From sequence record SRR31156797_362: DNA of 64,000 nt; one strand, written 5' to 3'. The notes beneath the pieces were generated by a model. The model saw nothing but the letters and a program-made list of their open reading frames with translations, did no database searches and was not told where the DNA came from. Within the stretch, counting starts at the first letter, position 1. Each line of letters begins with the position of its first letter. The position numbers and the translations under genes were made by a program. Shown piece by piece: positions 1 to 10,293 of the stretch.

Positions 1-23
1 TCTGCCAACTGAGCTACTGGGGA
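1..23 (-). tRNA. 5' part of a tRNA, probably tRNA-Asn; truncated by window edge, anticodon not visible
   Basis: Reverse complement reads TCCCCAG-TA-GCTC-AGTTGGCA-GA: 7-nt acceptor strand, U8-A9, D-stem GCTC, D-loop with GG. A 5' TCC start is typical of bacterial tRNA-Asn. Confidence 0.75.
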
Positions 24-226
24 ACATTTGTTCGTGTGAAGCGAAAGACGGTCTAAATAAATCTCATGTGACGGTCAAGCAAAAAAAGTATTTTTTTTAA
101 GAAAACTTTAAAAAGAATTCACCGGGTCTTAAAAGGCCCATTTTCTTGACGGGAAGTGTTATTTGGCTTACGGAATCAACGTCTCTTGTTTTTTTCTAGA
201 CTTTACAAGAGACAGGGAAAAATACT

Positions 227-1810
227 TTGGGACAAAATAAGAAAAAGAATAAGAAAATCAAGCTCGCAACCAAGTCGCAGTATGCGACTCGGTTTATGCC
301 GATGCTCGAGGCCCTTCAGGCCAAGGATGAGTTGAATTCTGTTATTAAGACTCGCGTTGAAAAGGCGTGTGGTCTTATGGACGATAATGTTCACCTATAC
401 CCTAATGATTTCAAGCGTGACACGGAAGTAAAATCCATTTTGGATATGTTCTCCGAAGCTGACGATGAAACCATTGAGGCAAGTGAACAGACATTCGCTA
501 TTGCAGGACGCGTTGTTTCCTACCGTTCATTTGGTAAGGTTACTTTCTTTAATCTTCAAGATCGCAGTGCCAAGATTCAGGTCTACGCTGCTCGAGACGA
601 ACTCGGTACCGAAGAGTATCAACGTTTCAAAAAAACAGACATCGGCGACATCGTTGGTGTGACTGGTGGGGTGTTTAGGACTAAAACCGGTGAATTGACT
701 GTCAAAACAAAGGCTTTCAAGCTGATCACCAAGTCCATGCGGCCTTTGCCGGAGAAATATCACGGGCTTAAGGATGTAGAAACACGGTATCGTCAACGGT
801 ACGTAGATCTTATCGTTACACCGAGAACCATGGAAATTTTCAAGGCGCGGACAACTATTGTTCGTGAGTTGCGCGACATACTTGATGAAAAGGGGTTCAT
901 GGAAGTGGAAACCCCCATGTTGCAGGCCATTCCTGGTGGGGCTACCGCTAAACCTTTCGAAACCCATCACAATGCGCTTGATATGAAGTTGTATATGCGT
1001 ATCGCGCCGGAGTTGTATCTAAAACGACTTTTGGTGGGTGGGTTCGAGCGAGTATACGAAATCAATCGTAACTTTCGCAACGAGGGCACTTCAACTCAGC
1101 ATAATCCCGAGTTCACCATGCTTGAATTCTACTGGGCTTATGCGAATTTTGAAAATCTTATGGATTTGACAGAGGAAATGTTTTCTCGTCTTGCGAAAAA
1201 GGTCACCGGTTCCACCGTAGTTCCATATCAGGGTGAGCAGATTGATCTGTCGATCGGGGCTTGGACCCGCATGCCATTTCATGAGTCTTTAGAAAAAATC
1301 GGTGGAGTGCCTCCTGAGGTTTACACTGACTACGAAAAATGTCGCGATCTTGTGAAGGAGAAGGGCGAGAAGGTTGTCGAGGACGAAAAACTCGGTAAGC
1401 TTCAGGCCAAACTTTTTGACATGCTTGTAGAGCCGAAGCTCGTGCAGCCTCATTTTATTTACCACTATCCCACGGATATTTCGCCTCTTTCCAGGCGCAA
1501 TGAAGAGAATCCGGAGATCACGGACCGTTTTGAGCTGTTCATGACTGGTCGGGAATTGGCCAATGCTTTTTCTGAACTGAATGACCCTGTTGATCAGCGT
1601 GGTCGATTCGAAATTCAAGTTGAGGAAAAGGAGGCGGGAGACGAAGAGGCCCACTTTATGGATGAAGATTATGTTCGAGCCCTTGAGTATGGCATGCCAC
1701 CAGCAGCCGGGCAAGGGATTGGCATCGATCGTTTAGTGATGCTTTTGACGGATAGTGCCTCTATTCGTGAAGTTATTTTGTTTCCGTTGCTCAGGCCGGA
1801 GGCCGGGTAA
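227..1810 (+). CDS. lysS: lysine--tRNA ligase (class II)
   Basis: Motifs RYRQRYVDL, GGATAKPFETHHNAL, FRNEG, HNPEFTMLEFY and GIGIDRLVMLL; TTG start. Confidence 0.97.
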   Translation: MGQNKKKNKKIKLATKSQYATRFMPMLEALQAKDELNSVIKTRVEKACGLMDDNVHLYPNDFKRDTEVKSILDMFSEADDETIEASEQTFAIAGRVVSYRSFGKVTFFNLQDRSAKIQVYAARDELGTEEYQRFKKTDIGDIVGVTGGVFRTKTGELTVKTKAFKLITKSMRPLPEKYHGLKDVETRYRQRYVDLIVTPRTMEIFKARTTIVRELRDILDEKGFMEVETPMLQAIPGGATAKPFETHHNALDMKLYMRIAPELYLKRLLVGGFERVYEINRNFRNEGTSTQHNPEFTMLEFYWAYANFENLMDLTEEMFSRLAKKVTGSTVVPYQGEQIDLSIGAWTRMPFHESLEKIGGVPPEVYTDYEKCRDLVKEKGEKVVEDEKLGKLQAKLFDMLVEPKLVQPHFIYHYPTDISPLSRRNEENPEITDRFELFMTGRELANAFSELNDPVDQRGRFEIQVEEKEAGDEEAHFMDEDYVRALEYGMPPAAGQGIGIDRLVMLLTDSASIREVILFPLLRPEAG

Positions 1811-1835
1811 GGCTTTTAGCCTGCGAGTAAAATAT

Positions 1836-3065
1836 ATGCGATTTGAAGCCTTCATTGCACTCAGGTATCTGTTCGCACTGCGTAAGCAGTCGTTCATATC
1901 TGTCATATCATTGTTTGCTGTGTGCGGTGTGGCTCTTGGGGTTGGTGCGCTTATTGTCGTTATCGGCGTGATGAATGGTTTTTCTACAGATTTGCGCGAT
2001 AAAATTTTGGGCGTCAACGCTCATATCCTTGTGACCTCCCTTCGGGGGGGTATCAAGGATTCAGACGTTTTGGCCGATGAAGCAAAAAAGGTACCTGGCG
2101 TTATAGGCGTAACGCCTTTTATTTATTCAGAGGTCATGTTGTCTACACGAACTGGCGTCAAAGGCGTGGTTCTTCGTGGAATTGATCCGTCCACTTCTGA
2201 TACCGTATTGAGTTTGTCTAAAGACATGATCAGTGGCGATGTTCGGAGGCTTGGAGATGCCGATGATTTTCCGAGAATTATCATCGGTTCGGAATTGGCA
2301 AAGCGGCTTGGTCTGATTGAAGGGTCTGAAGTGAATTTGTTGTCGCCCTCAGGCCGCTCAGGGGCAGCAGGATTTACGCCGAAAATCCGTCGCTTTATTG
2401 TCGCGGGCGTCTTCCGTACCGGTATGTTCGAGTATGATTCGTCATTGGGCTACGTAAGTCTTCCTGAGGCAAGAAAATTACTTGGATTCAAAGGTGATGT
2501 CGTTTCCGGGTTAGAGATTAGCGTAGACGATGTATACAATGTTGAAGCTATTTCTGATGCATTACGGGAAAGAATAGCTACGTTCACGGTTTATGTCCGT
2601 CACTGGCAGGAGATGAATGCAAATTTATTCGCGGCCTTAGAGTTGGAAAAAACTGCGATGTTTATCATTCTCGCCATGATTGTATTGGTCGGTTCATTTA
2701 GTATTGTTACAACGTTGGTAATGTTGGTAATACAAAAGACAAAAGACATTGCGGTACTTATGTCCATTGGTGCAGATGCCAAAAGCATAAGAAATGTATT
2801 TATGCTGCAAGGGACATTTATCGGTCTTGCAGGAACCCTGATTGGTTTTCTTATTGGAGTGCCGCTCAGTCTGTTGTTGAAGAAATATCAGTTTATCAAA
2901 CTGCCAAGTAATGTTTATCCGGTTGATTACCTGCCGGTTCGTCTTGAGGCTATTGATATGGTGGCAATAGGTGTCGCGGCATTCCTGCTGTGTTTTCTGG
3001 CAACCATTTATCCGGCACGACGAGCTGCTGCTTTAAGCCCGAGTGAAGCCTTGCGTTATGAATAA
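1836..3065 (+). CDS. lolE: lipoprotein-releasing ABC transporter permease (LolC/E family)
   Basis: FIALRYL...SFISVIS...GVALGVGALIVVIGVMNGF; C-terminal YPARRAA...P.EALRYE. Start moved to ATG 1836. Confidence 0.93.
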   Translation: MRFEAFIALRYLFALRKQSFISVISLFAVCGVALGVGALIVVIGVMNGFSTDLRDKILGVNAHILVTSLRGGIKDSDVLADEAKKVPGVIGVTPFIYSEVMLSTRTGVKGVVLRGIDPSTSDTVLSLSKDMISGDVRRLGDADDFPRIIIGSELAKRLGLIEGSEVNLLSPSGRSGAAGFTPKIRRFIVAGVFRTGMFEYDSSLGYVSLPEARKLLGFKGDVVSGLEISVDDVYNVEAISDALRERIATFTVYVRHWQEMNANLFAALELEKTAMFIILAMIVLVGSFSIVTTLVMLVIQKTKDIAVLMSIGADAKSIRNVFMLQGTFIGLAGTLIGFLIGVPLSLLLKKYQFIKLPSNVYPVDYLPVRLEAIDMVAIGVAAFLLCFLATIYPARRAAALSPSEALRYE

Positions 3066-3741
3066 AGAGGCTATATACCAACTGGTTGCCGTGAGTAAGG
3101 AGTTTCAGGGCCCGCCTGAGACTGTGCGAGTTCTGAAAGATGTTGATCTGACAATTGATCGAGGGGAATCCTTGGCTATTTTGGGGGCTTCTGGGTCAGG
3201 CAAGACAACATTGTTGCATATGCTTGGAACGTTGGATCAAGCAACTACTGGGCAGATTTTTTTGAATGGGGTCGATTTGAATTCTATGGGAGATAGCAAA
3301 CGGGCTGAATTAAGAAATCAGGATATTGGTTTCGTTTTTCAGTTTCATCATTTACTCCCTGAATTTTCAACGCTTGAGAATGTCGCTATGCCTGCTTTTA
3401 TTGCAGGTAAAAGTCGCTCTGAAGGGATACGACTTGCTAGGGAAGCACTTGATATGGTTGAGCTTACTCATAGACTTGAGCACAAGGTTACCACTCTTTC
3501 TGGAGGCGAAAGGCAGCGGGCAGCCATAGCGCGTGCCATTTTGCTGCGTCCTAAGGTGCTTCTCGCTGATGAGCCTACGGGCAATCTTGATGCAGAGACC
3601 GGAGCCATGATAGGCAAATTATTGGTCTCTCTTAATAATGAATTAGGCATGACGTTTGTTGTCGTTACACATAATCCGGAACTCGCAGGTATGATGCATC
3701 GGCGTGTTGAATTGCGTTCAGGAGAACTCTATGCTCATTAG
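3058..3741 (+). CDS. lolD: lipoprotein-releasing ABC transporter ATPase
   Basis: Walker A GASGSGKT, GFVFQFHHLL, LSGGERQR, ADEPTGNLD; overlaps the lolE stop. Confidence 0.93.
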   Translation: MNKEAIYQLVAVSKEFQGPPETVRVLKDVDLTIDRGESLAILGASGSGKTTLLHMLGTLDQATTGQIFLNGVDLNSMGDSKRAELRNQDIGFVFQFHHLLPEFSTLENVAMPAFIAGKSRSEGIRLAREALDMVELTHRLEHKVTTLSGGERQRAAIARAILLRPKVLLADEPTGNLDAETGAMIGKLLVSLNNELGMTFVVVTHNPELAGMMHRRVELRSGELYAH

Positions 3742-6448
3742 TCTTCGCAGACTTGCCGTTGGGGCGATTGCAGCTTGTTTATTGATGGTCGCTGGTGCGG
3801 CTTTTGCTGCCGATGGTCTCAATCAGGATATCAAGGTTACCGTATTGCCTTTCGAGGTTAATGCCGGTGACGATTTGTCCTACCTTAAGGACAGCCTCCC
3901 TGAGCTTTTGACTGATCGCCTCAGTGAGGCTGGGTTTAATGTTGTTGATCAGGCTGAAGTTGCACGTATTGTCGACGAAAAAGGCTATACTCAATTCACT
4001 CCCACCACCGCGCGTGAGATATCACTATTGGCAGGTGGTGAATTTTCCGTCTACGGTTCTTTAAATCAAATTGGTGAAAGTCTGACTTTGGATGCTCGCC
4101 TTGTTGATGCGTACGCTAAGGGTCCTGGTAAGAAAATTTCTGTGACTAAGGACGGTCTTATTAATCTGCTGCCTGCAGTTGATGCTTTAGTTGACCGTAT
4201 GCGTATGGATCTTCTCCGTCAGGATGTGGTGGCCGAAGTTGATGTTGAAGGTACTCAGGTCCTCGACAAAGAAGTTGTTATGATGCGCCTTACTATGCAG
4301 AAGGGTGATATTTTGACAGCAAAGTCGGTTAATACTGCACTTAAAAATATTTATGATCTCGGTTATTTTGATGACGTTCAAGTAAAGGTTGATTCTGTCG
4401 AGGGTGGCAAAAGGGTCATTTTTGATGTTAAAGAAAAACCGCGTATTCAAGCTTTAGGTGTCCGTGGGGCCGACAAAATTGATTCCGAAGATATTCTTGA
4501 AGCTCTTTCAACGAAAAAGGGTGGCGTTGTTAACCCTAAGGTCTTAGCTGATGATATTCGTGTTATCCGTGAAATGTACCGTAAGGAAGGATATTACAAG
4601 GCCAAAGTTACTCATGAAGTAGAAGATGCCGGAAAGGGCGTGGCGCGTTTGACTTTTGTGATTGATGAAGGGCCGCAACTCTACATTGAAAATATCATTA
4701 TTGATGGTGCCAAACAAATGGATCCAGATGATGTTAAGGATGTGCTGGCTCTTAAAGAGCGTGGCATGTTCTCCTGGATTGATGATTCCGGCGTCTTAAA
4801 AGAAGAGCTTTTGGAGCGAGATGCTGCTGCGATTATGGCTTTGTATCAGAGCAAAGGTTTTCTTACTGCAAAAGTCGGGCGTCCTGATGTTGATATCAAA
4901 GACGATGGAATTGATGTCATTTATCGCGTATGGGAAGGCGATCGTTTCAAGATGGGGCAGACCTTGTTCAAAGGTGACCTTATCGACGATCCCTCCAAAT
5001 TGATTAATGTGACTTCAATTGACGCACTTCATGATGAAGATGAGTATTTTGATCGAACTATCCTTAAAAAGGATATTGAAGCTCTGACCGTCTATTACAA
5101 TAATTATGGATACGCCTATGCTGATGTTGGTGTAAATTTACAGGACAACAAAGAAAGTAAAGTTGTTGATGTTGTTTACACTATCTCCAAGCATCAACGC
5201 GTTCATATTCGTCGCGTGCTAATCGAAGGCAACACGCGTACCCGTGATAACGTTATTATGCGTGAAATGCGCTTGGCTGATGGCGATCAGTTCAGTGGCG
5301 ATAAATTGAAACGATCTAACCAGCGACTGACTAATCTCGACTTCTTTGAAAAAGTTGACATTTCACCGGTTCCGACTGGCAATCCTGAAGAGATGGATTT
5401 GGTCGTTAAGGTTAAAGATAAATCTACTGGTAAGATCAGTGGTGGTATAGGTTATTCAACGTATGATGGTGTGTTCTTTGGTGGTACTATTGGTGAAAAC
5501 AACCTTTTCGGTAAAGGCTATCAAGCGAGTTTTGAAGGGCAGATTGGTGGCTCCAAGACTTCATATGTCGCTAAGTTTATCAACCCACGTATAAATGACA
5601 CTGATCTTGGGTTCGGTTTGCAGGCTCATAACACTGACACTGAATACAACCAGTACGACAAAGATGCCCTTGGCGGTAACGTTTATTTCTTCTATCCTCT
5701 TGGTGAGTATACGACTCTCAAGTGGGATTACGGTTTGGAAAAGTATAATATTAAAAATGTGGCCGATGATGCTTCTGACGACGTTAAAGACGATGCTGGA
5801 TACCATCTTGCTTCCACTGTTTCTGCAAGCGTCACTCGCAATACACTTGATAATTACACTTCACCGACCACAGGAACAAAGATCTTGTTAAGGATGATTT
5901 TTGCCGGTGGCCCAATTGGTGGTACTGATGACTACGTTAAATATGTAGGATCACATGATTGGTATATGCCAGCTTTTGAAAAAGTTGTTTTCCATACAAA
6001 ATTCTGGGCCGGATACATTCACCAGAATTTTGGCGGAGAAGAGATTCCAACAGCTCCTCGGTTTGAATTGGGTGGTGTTAATAGTGTGCGTGGTTATAGC
6101 AACTATGACATTTCTCCGACAGAAAATTCGACTTCCAGCTCAACAGTTGGCGGTGATAAAGCGTTTTATACCAATATTGAGTTGAAGCGTCCCATTAGTG
6201 AGGAATTGGGTATAATGGCCTTAGTCTTCTTTGATGCTGGTAACTCATGGAAGGAAGAGGAAATGTTTTTCGAATCCGTTACCCGATATGGAGAAAAGCC
6301 TTCCTTTGGTTTGTATAAGAGTGTGGGCGCCGGTGTTAACTGGAATTCTCCCATGGGTCCTGTTGGCCTTGTGTATGGTTACGCATTGGATCCGCTTGAT
6401 GATAATGGTCGTCATAAGATTGAGTTGCTTATGGGACAACAGTTCTAA
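3731..6448 (+). CDS. bamA: outer membrane protein assembly factor BamA with an extra N-terminal domain
   Basis: Signal peptide, POTRA repeats (IEGNTRTRDNVIMRE), VRGY loop, SPMGPV and C-terminal Phe. Confidence 0.95.
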   Translation: MLISLRRLAVGAIAACLLMVAGAAFAADGLNQDIKVTVLPFEVNAGDDLSYLKDSLPELLTDRLSEAGFNVVDQAEVARIVDEKGYTQFTPTTAREISLLAGGEFSVYGSLNQIGESLTLDARLVDAYAKGPGKKISVTKDGLINLLPAVDALVDRMRMDLLRQDVVAEVDVEGTQVLDKEVVMMRLTMQKGDILTAKSVNTALKNIYDLGYFDDVQVKVDSVEGGKRVIFDVKEKPRIQALGVRGADKIDSEDILEALSTKKGGVVNPKVLADDIRVIREMYRKEGYYKAKVTHEVEDAGKGVARLTFVIDEGPQLYIENIIIDGAKQMDPDDVKDVLALKERGMFSWIDDSGVLKEELLERDAAAIMALYQSKGFLTAKVGRPDVDIKDDGIDVIYRVWEGDRFKMGQTLFKGDLIDDPSKLINVTSIDALHDEDEYFDRTILKKDIEALTVYYNNYGYAYADVGVNLQDNKESKVVDVVYTISKHQRVHIRRVLIEGNTRTRDNVIMREMRLADGDQFSGDKLKRSNQRLTNLDFFEKVDISPVPTGNPEEMDLVVKVKDKSTGKISGGIGYSTYDGVFFGGTIGENNLFGKGYQASFEGQIGGSKTSYVAKFINPRINDTDLGFGLQAHNTDTEYNQYDKDALGGNVYFFYPLGEYTTLKWDYGLEKYNIKNVADDASDDVKDDAGYHLASTVSASVTRNTLDNYTSPTTGTKILLRMIFAGGPIGGTDDYVKYVGSHDWYMPAFEKVVFHTKFWAGYIHQNFGGEEIPTAPRFELGGVNSVRGYSNYDISPTENSTSSSTVGGDKAFYTNIELKRPISEELGIMALVFFDAGNSWKEEEMFFESVTRYGEKPSFGLYKSVGAGVNWNSPMGPVGLVYGYALDPLDDNGRHKIELLMGQQF

Positions 6449-6481
6449 TTTAAAGATGATTTTCATTTAAGGAGTTATACA

Positions 6482-6997
6482 ATGAAAAAAGTGTGTCTGC
6501 TGGCTATTTGTTTTGTTTTTCTTTTTCAGGCCGTAGCATTTGCCGAAACTAAAATTGGTGTTTTTGATGCTAAAAAAGTCATGCAGGATTGCCTTTATGG
6601 GAAAGATGTGAGGGCAAAACTTGATGCCAAATTTGGTGCTCGTGGTGAACAGCTCAAGAAGGAAAGAGACGCTCTTGAAAAGTTGAAAGTGCAGATTGAA
6701 AGCAAGGCCTTTGACGAAAAGACCATGCAGGATAAAATTGTTGAAATTCGTCGTAGAAGCCGTGATTGGACTGAGGATTTTCAGGTTTACCAGAAGTCTA
6801 TCCAACGTGATCAGAATGAACTGGGCAAGCCTGTTCTTCGGAAGTTGGAAAAAGTAGTCATGGAATACTGCACTGCAAATAAGTTCAGCATTGCTTTTGA
6901 CAAGAACACACCAGGCCTTGCTTTTATTGCTGATGGCCTTGATATTTCTGCTGCTATCACTAAAGAACTCGATAAGATGAAAAAAGCCGGAAAGTAG
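6482..6997 (+). CDS. skp: OmpH/Skp periplasmic chaperone
   Basis: Signal peptide ending AFA, KIGVFD, coiled-coil body, DIS..I; sits between bamA and lpxD. Confidence 0.88.
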   Translation: MKKVCLLAICFVFLFQAVAFAETKIGVFDAKKVMQDCLYGKDVRAKLDAKFGARGEQLKKERDALEKLKVQIESKAFDEKTMQDKIVEIRRRSRDWTEDFQVYQKSIQRDQNELGKPVLRKLEKVVMEYCTANKFSIAFDKNTPGLAFIADGLDISAAITKELDKMKKAGK

Positions 6998-7000
6998 ATC

Positions 7001-8047
7001 ATGAGCATGAAATTGTCAGCCTTGGCCTCGGAGCTTGGGCTAGAACATACTGGTGCTGACATTGATATTACCGGGGTAAATACCTTGGATAAGGCTGAAG
7101 CAGGAGAACTTTCATTTCTTGTTAATCCGAAATATCAGCACCTACTTGAAACAACAAAGGCCGGATGTGTACTCACATCCGGCCCTTATGCCGACAAGGT
7201 CCAGTGTGCCCTGATCAGCGATAATATCTATATGGATTTGGCAAAAGTGGTTAATCTTTTTGCCCGTCCGCAAGGATGTTTGAGTGGGATTAGTGAGTTG
7301 GCCTATGTTCACCCTGATGCCCAAGTTGACGAATCTGCAACCATTTATCCTTTTGCTTTCATTGGCGAAGGAGCGGTCATTGGTTCGGGAACAGTAATTT
7401 TTGCTGGTACCTATGTCGGGGAAAATTCCCACGTAGGCGAGCAGTGCATTTTATATCCTAACAGTGTGGTTATGGGTGGTTTGCATCTTGGTGACAATGT
7501 TATTTTACAACCAGGTGCTGTTATCGGTGGTGATGGCTACGGTTATGCCCAAACCCCGGCAGGGCATATGAAAATACCGCAGATTGGTACTGTGGAAATT
7601 GAAAATGATGTCGAAGTCGGTTCCAATACGGCGATCGATCGGGCAGCACTAGACTCCACTCGTATCAAGCGGGGAACTAAAATCGATAATCTTGTGCAAA
7701 TAGGCCACAATGTTGAGATTGGTGAACACTGTCTCGTTATTGGTCAAGTCGGTATTGGCGGAAGTACGATTGTCGGCAATGGTGTGGTACTTGCCGGTCA
7801 GGTTGGTGTCGCAGATAATGCAAAAATCGGTGATGGTGTGATGGTTGGTGCGCAGAGCGGGGTCGCCGGTAACATCGAGGCGGGAAGCAAAGTAGCCGGT
7901 ACTCCAGCCATGAAAGCGGGAACTTTTTTGAAGGCTGCCAGTGTATGCATGCCCAAATTGCCTGACTTGTTTAAGCGGGTGAAGAAATTGGAAAAGAAAC
8001 TGGCGTCCCTTACGGAACAGGCTGCTGGTGGAGATCGTAATGAGTAA
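7001..8047 (+). CDS. lpxD: UDP-3-O-acylglucosamine N-acyltransferase
   Basis: Hexapeptide repeats; [27 protein letters not shown]. Confidence 0.96.
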   Translation: MSMKLSALASELGLEHTGADIDITGVNTLDKAEAGELSFLVNPKYQHLLETTKAGCVLTSGPYADKVQCALISDNIYMDLAKVVNLFARPQGCLSGISELAYVHPDAQVDESATIYPFAFIGEGAVIGSGTVIFAGTYVGENSHVGEQCILYPNSVVMGGLHLGDNVILQPGAVIGGDGYGYAQTPAGHMKIPQIGTVEIENDVEVGSNTAIDRAALDSTRIKRGTKIDNLVQIGHNVEIGEHCLVIGQVGIGGSTIVGNGVVLAGQVGVADNAKIGDGVMVGAQSGVAGNIEAGSKVAGTPAMKAGTFLKAASVCMPKLPDLFKRVKKLEKKLASLTEQAAGGDRNE

Positions 8048-8498
8048 TGAACTAGTTTTTGATATTCAGAAAATAATGGAGATGCTACCGCATCGTTACC
8101 CTTTTCTTCTTGTAGATAGGGTGCTTGAGCTGGATCCGGGAGTTCGTCTTAAAGCCATCAAGAATGTCACCATGAATGAAGAGTATTTTCAAGGGCATTT
8201 TCCGAATATGCCAGTGATGCCTGGGGTGTTGCAGTTGGAGGCTCTTGCGCAGGCCGGTGGAATACTCGTTATAAATTCCATTGATGAACCTCTTGGTGAT
8301 AAGGTTTTTCTCTTTACAGGGTTGAATAAAGTGAAATTTCGTAGACCTGTAGTCCCTGGAGATCAACTGGAATTGAACGTTCATTACGAACGACATAAGT
8401 TGAATATTTGGAAAATGCGTGGCGTAGCCAAAGTCGATGGACAGGTGACGTGCCAGGGTGAGTTCTCCGCAGCAATTGCGGACAAGGGGGCCATGTAA
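8040..8498 (+). CDS. fabZ: 3-hydroxyacyl-ACP dehydratase
   Basis: [38 protein letters not shown]. Confidence 0.97.
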   Translation: MSNELVFDIQKIMEMLPHRYPFLLVDRVLELDPGVRLKAIKNVTMNEEYFQGHFPNMPVMPGVLQLEALAQAGGILVINSIDEPLGDKVFLFTGLNKVKFRRPVVPGDQLELNVHYERHKLNIWKMRGVAKVDGQVTCQGEFSAAIADKGAM

Positions 8499-8499
8499 A

Positions 8500-9309
8500 A
8501 TGTCGAACGATATACATTCGACCGCTGTTATTGATCCTTCTGCCGAAATTGGTGAGGGTGTTCACGTTGGGCCTTATGTCGTGATTGGTGCGGAAGCAAA
8601 AGTCGGTGACGGTACTTTTTTGGAATCGCATACGGTTATTCAGGCTAACACCGAGCTCGGCAAGAACAACCACGTTCATCCCCATGCAGTGATTGGTGGA
8701 GAGCCTCAACATAGTGCTTACAAAGGTGAAAAAACATATACGCGTATTGGTGATAACAACATCATTCGTGAGTGTGTTACTATTCACCGTGGTACTGTTC
8801 AAGGTTCTGAAGAAACAAGAATAGGCTCTAATTGTATGTTTATGGCCTATTCTCATATTGCCCATGATTGTTCTGTTGGAGATAATGTAATCCTTGCCAA
8901 TGCCGTTCAACTGGCCGGGCATGTTGAAGTCGGACGCAATGTTATAATCAGTGGATTGTCAGCCGTTCAGCAGTTTATTCGCATTGGTGAATATGCCTTT
9001 TTGGGCGGAGCAAGTGGGTATAAGCTTGATGTCCCGCCGTTTATGTTGGCTCATGGTGTACGTGGAATGCTTTTTGGTCCCAACCTTATTGGTTTGCGTC
9101 GAAATGGATTCGATGGTGAAGCGTGTAAAGGGTTGAAGCGGGCCTATAAGACGATTTTCCGTTCAGGTTTGAAGCGTGATGAAGGGCTTGCCAAGGTCGA
9201 GGAAGAGATTCCAGGTATTGCAGAAGTGGATCGTTTGGTCGCCTTTATTCGTGAGAGTAAGAATGGCGTGACGCCGGATCACAAACAGCGCAGTGGAAAC
9301 GGCAGCTAA
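8500..9309 (+). CDS. lpxA: UDP-N-acetylglucosamine acyltransferase
   Basis: IHSTAVID, IRECVTIHRGT, MAYSHIAHDC, LAGHV. Confidence 0.96.
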   Translation: MSNDIHSTAVIDPSAEIGEGVHVGPYVVIGAEAKVGDGTFLESHTVIQANTELGKNNHVHPHAVIGGEPQHSAYKGEKTYTRIGDNNIIRECVTIHRGTVQGSEETRIGSNCMFMAYSHIAHDCSVGDNVILANAVQLAGHVEVGRNVIISGLSAVQQFIRIGEYAFLGGASGYKLDVPPFMLAHGVRGMLFGPNLIGLRRNGFDGEACKGLKRAYKTIFRSGLKRDEGLAKVEEEIPGIAEVDRLVAFIRESKNGVTPDHKQRSGNGS

Positions 9310-9321
9310 ATCTTAGTTATT

Positions 9322-10161
9322 ATGTCAGAATCCGTAAAGACCATAGGTCTTATCGCCGGGGGAATGCAGTTTCCTGTTCTTGTCGCCCAAGGTGTAAAAG
9401 CCAAAGGGCACAAACTTGTTGTGGCTGGGTTTACCGGGCATACCAATATGGATGTTGTTCCTCTGGCCGATGTTTGGATGGAACTAAAGTTGGGTAAGTT
9501 AAACAAACTTATCAATTATTTGAAGTCCAATGGTGTTGATAATGTCATTATGGCAGGAACAATTGCTAAACCAAAGGTCATGGATATCAGACATTTGGAT
9601 ATGAGAGCTGTGAAATTGGTTCTTGGAAAAAAGAATCGTGGTGATTCTGCTTTGCTAAATCTTATTTCTGGAGAGTTCGATAAAGAAGGAATGCAAGTTG
9701 TTCCTGCGCATAAATTCTTACCTGAACTCTTAACTCCTGAGGGTGTTTTGACTCATCGAAAGCCTGATGAGCGTGAATGGAGTGACCTACGATATTCTTG
9801 GAGTATTGCCAAAGAACTCGGACGGATGGATGTTGGTCAATGTCTTGTTGTGCGGGAGGGCGTTGTTGCTGCAGTCGAAGCTCTTGAAGGGACCGATGCC
9901 ACAATTCGCCGTGGTTGTGAGTTTGGTGGTAGCGGGTGTGTAGTCGTAAAAGTTTTTAAACCTGGCCAGCAGGAAGAGGTTGACCTTCCGAGCTTGGGAA
10001 TTGATACGTTAAAAGTTATGGCTGAAGGCAAAGCTACCTGTCTTGGTATTGAGGCTGGTAAAAGCCTTTTTTTTGATAAAGAAGCAGCTCTCGAATTTGC
10101 TGATAATGCTGGCATAACTATTGTTGGGTTGCATTCTGATTTTCCTGCCGAATCTTTATAA
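9322..10161 (+). CDS. lpxI: UDP-2,3-diacylglucosamine diphosphatase LpxI family
   Basis: IGLIAG, DVGQ, AVEALEGTD, KP.Q...DLP; directly follows lpxA. Confidence 0.9.
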   Translation: MSESVKTIGLIAGGMQFPVLVAQGVKAKGHKLVVAGFTGHTNMDVVPLADVWMELKLGKLNKLINYLKSNGVDNVIMAGTIAKPKVMDIRHLDMRAVKLVLGKKNRGDSALLNLISGEFDKEGMQVVPAHKFLPELLTPEGVLTHRKPDEREWSDLRYSWSIAKELGRMDVGQCLVVREGVVAAVEALEGTDATIRRGCEFGGSGCVVVKVFKPGQQEEVDLPSLGIDTLKVMAEGKATCLGIEAGKSLFFDKEAALEFADNAGITIVGLHSDFPAESL

Positions 10162-10293
10162 TTCTATATAGTCTATCTTTGAACACATCTTGCCAATGAG
10201 TGGGGTGTTGTGCGATTAATCTGCGTAGTTCTTCAAATTCTTTGACGGTATTAGACTTCTTGCCGTCATTATATATTGTAAATAGGTGTTCAG

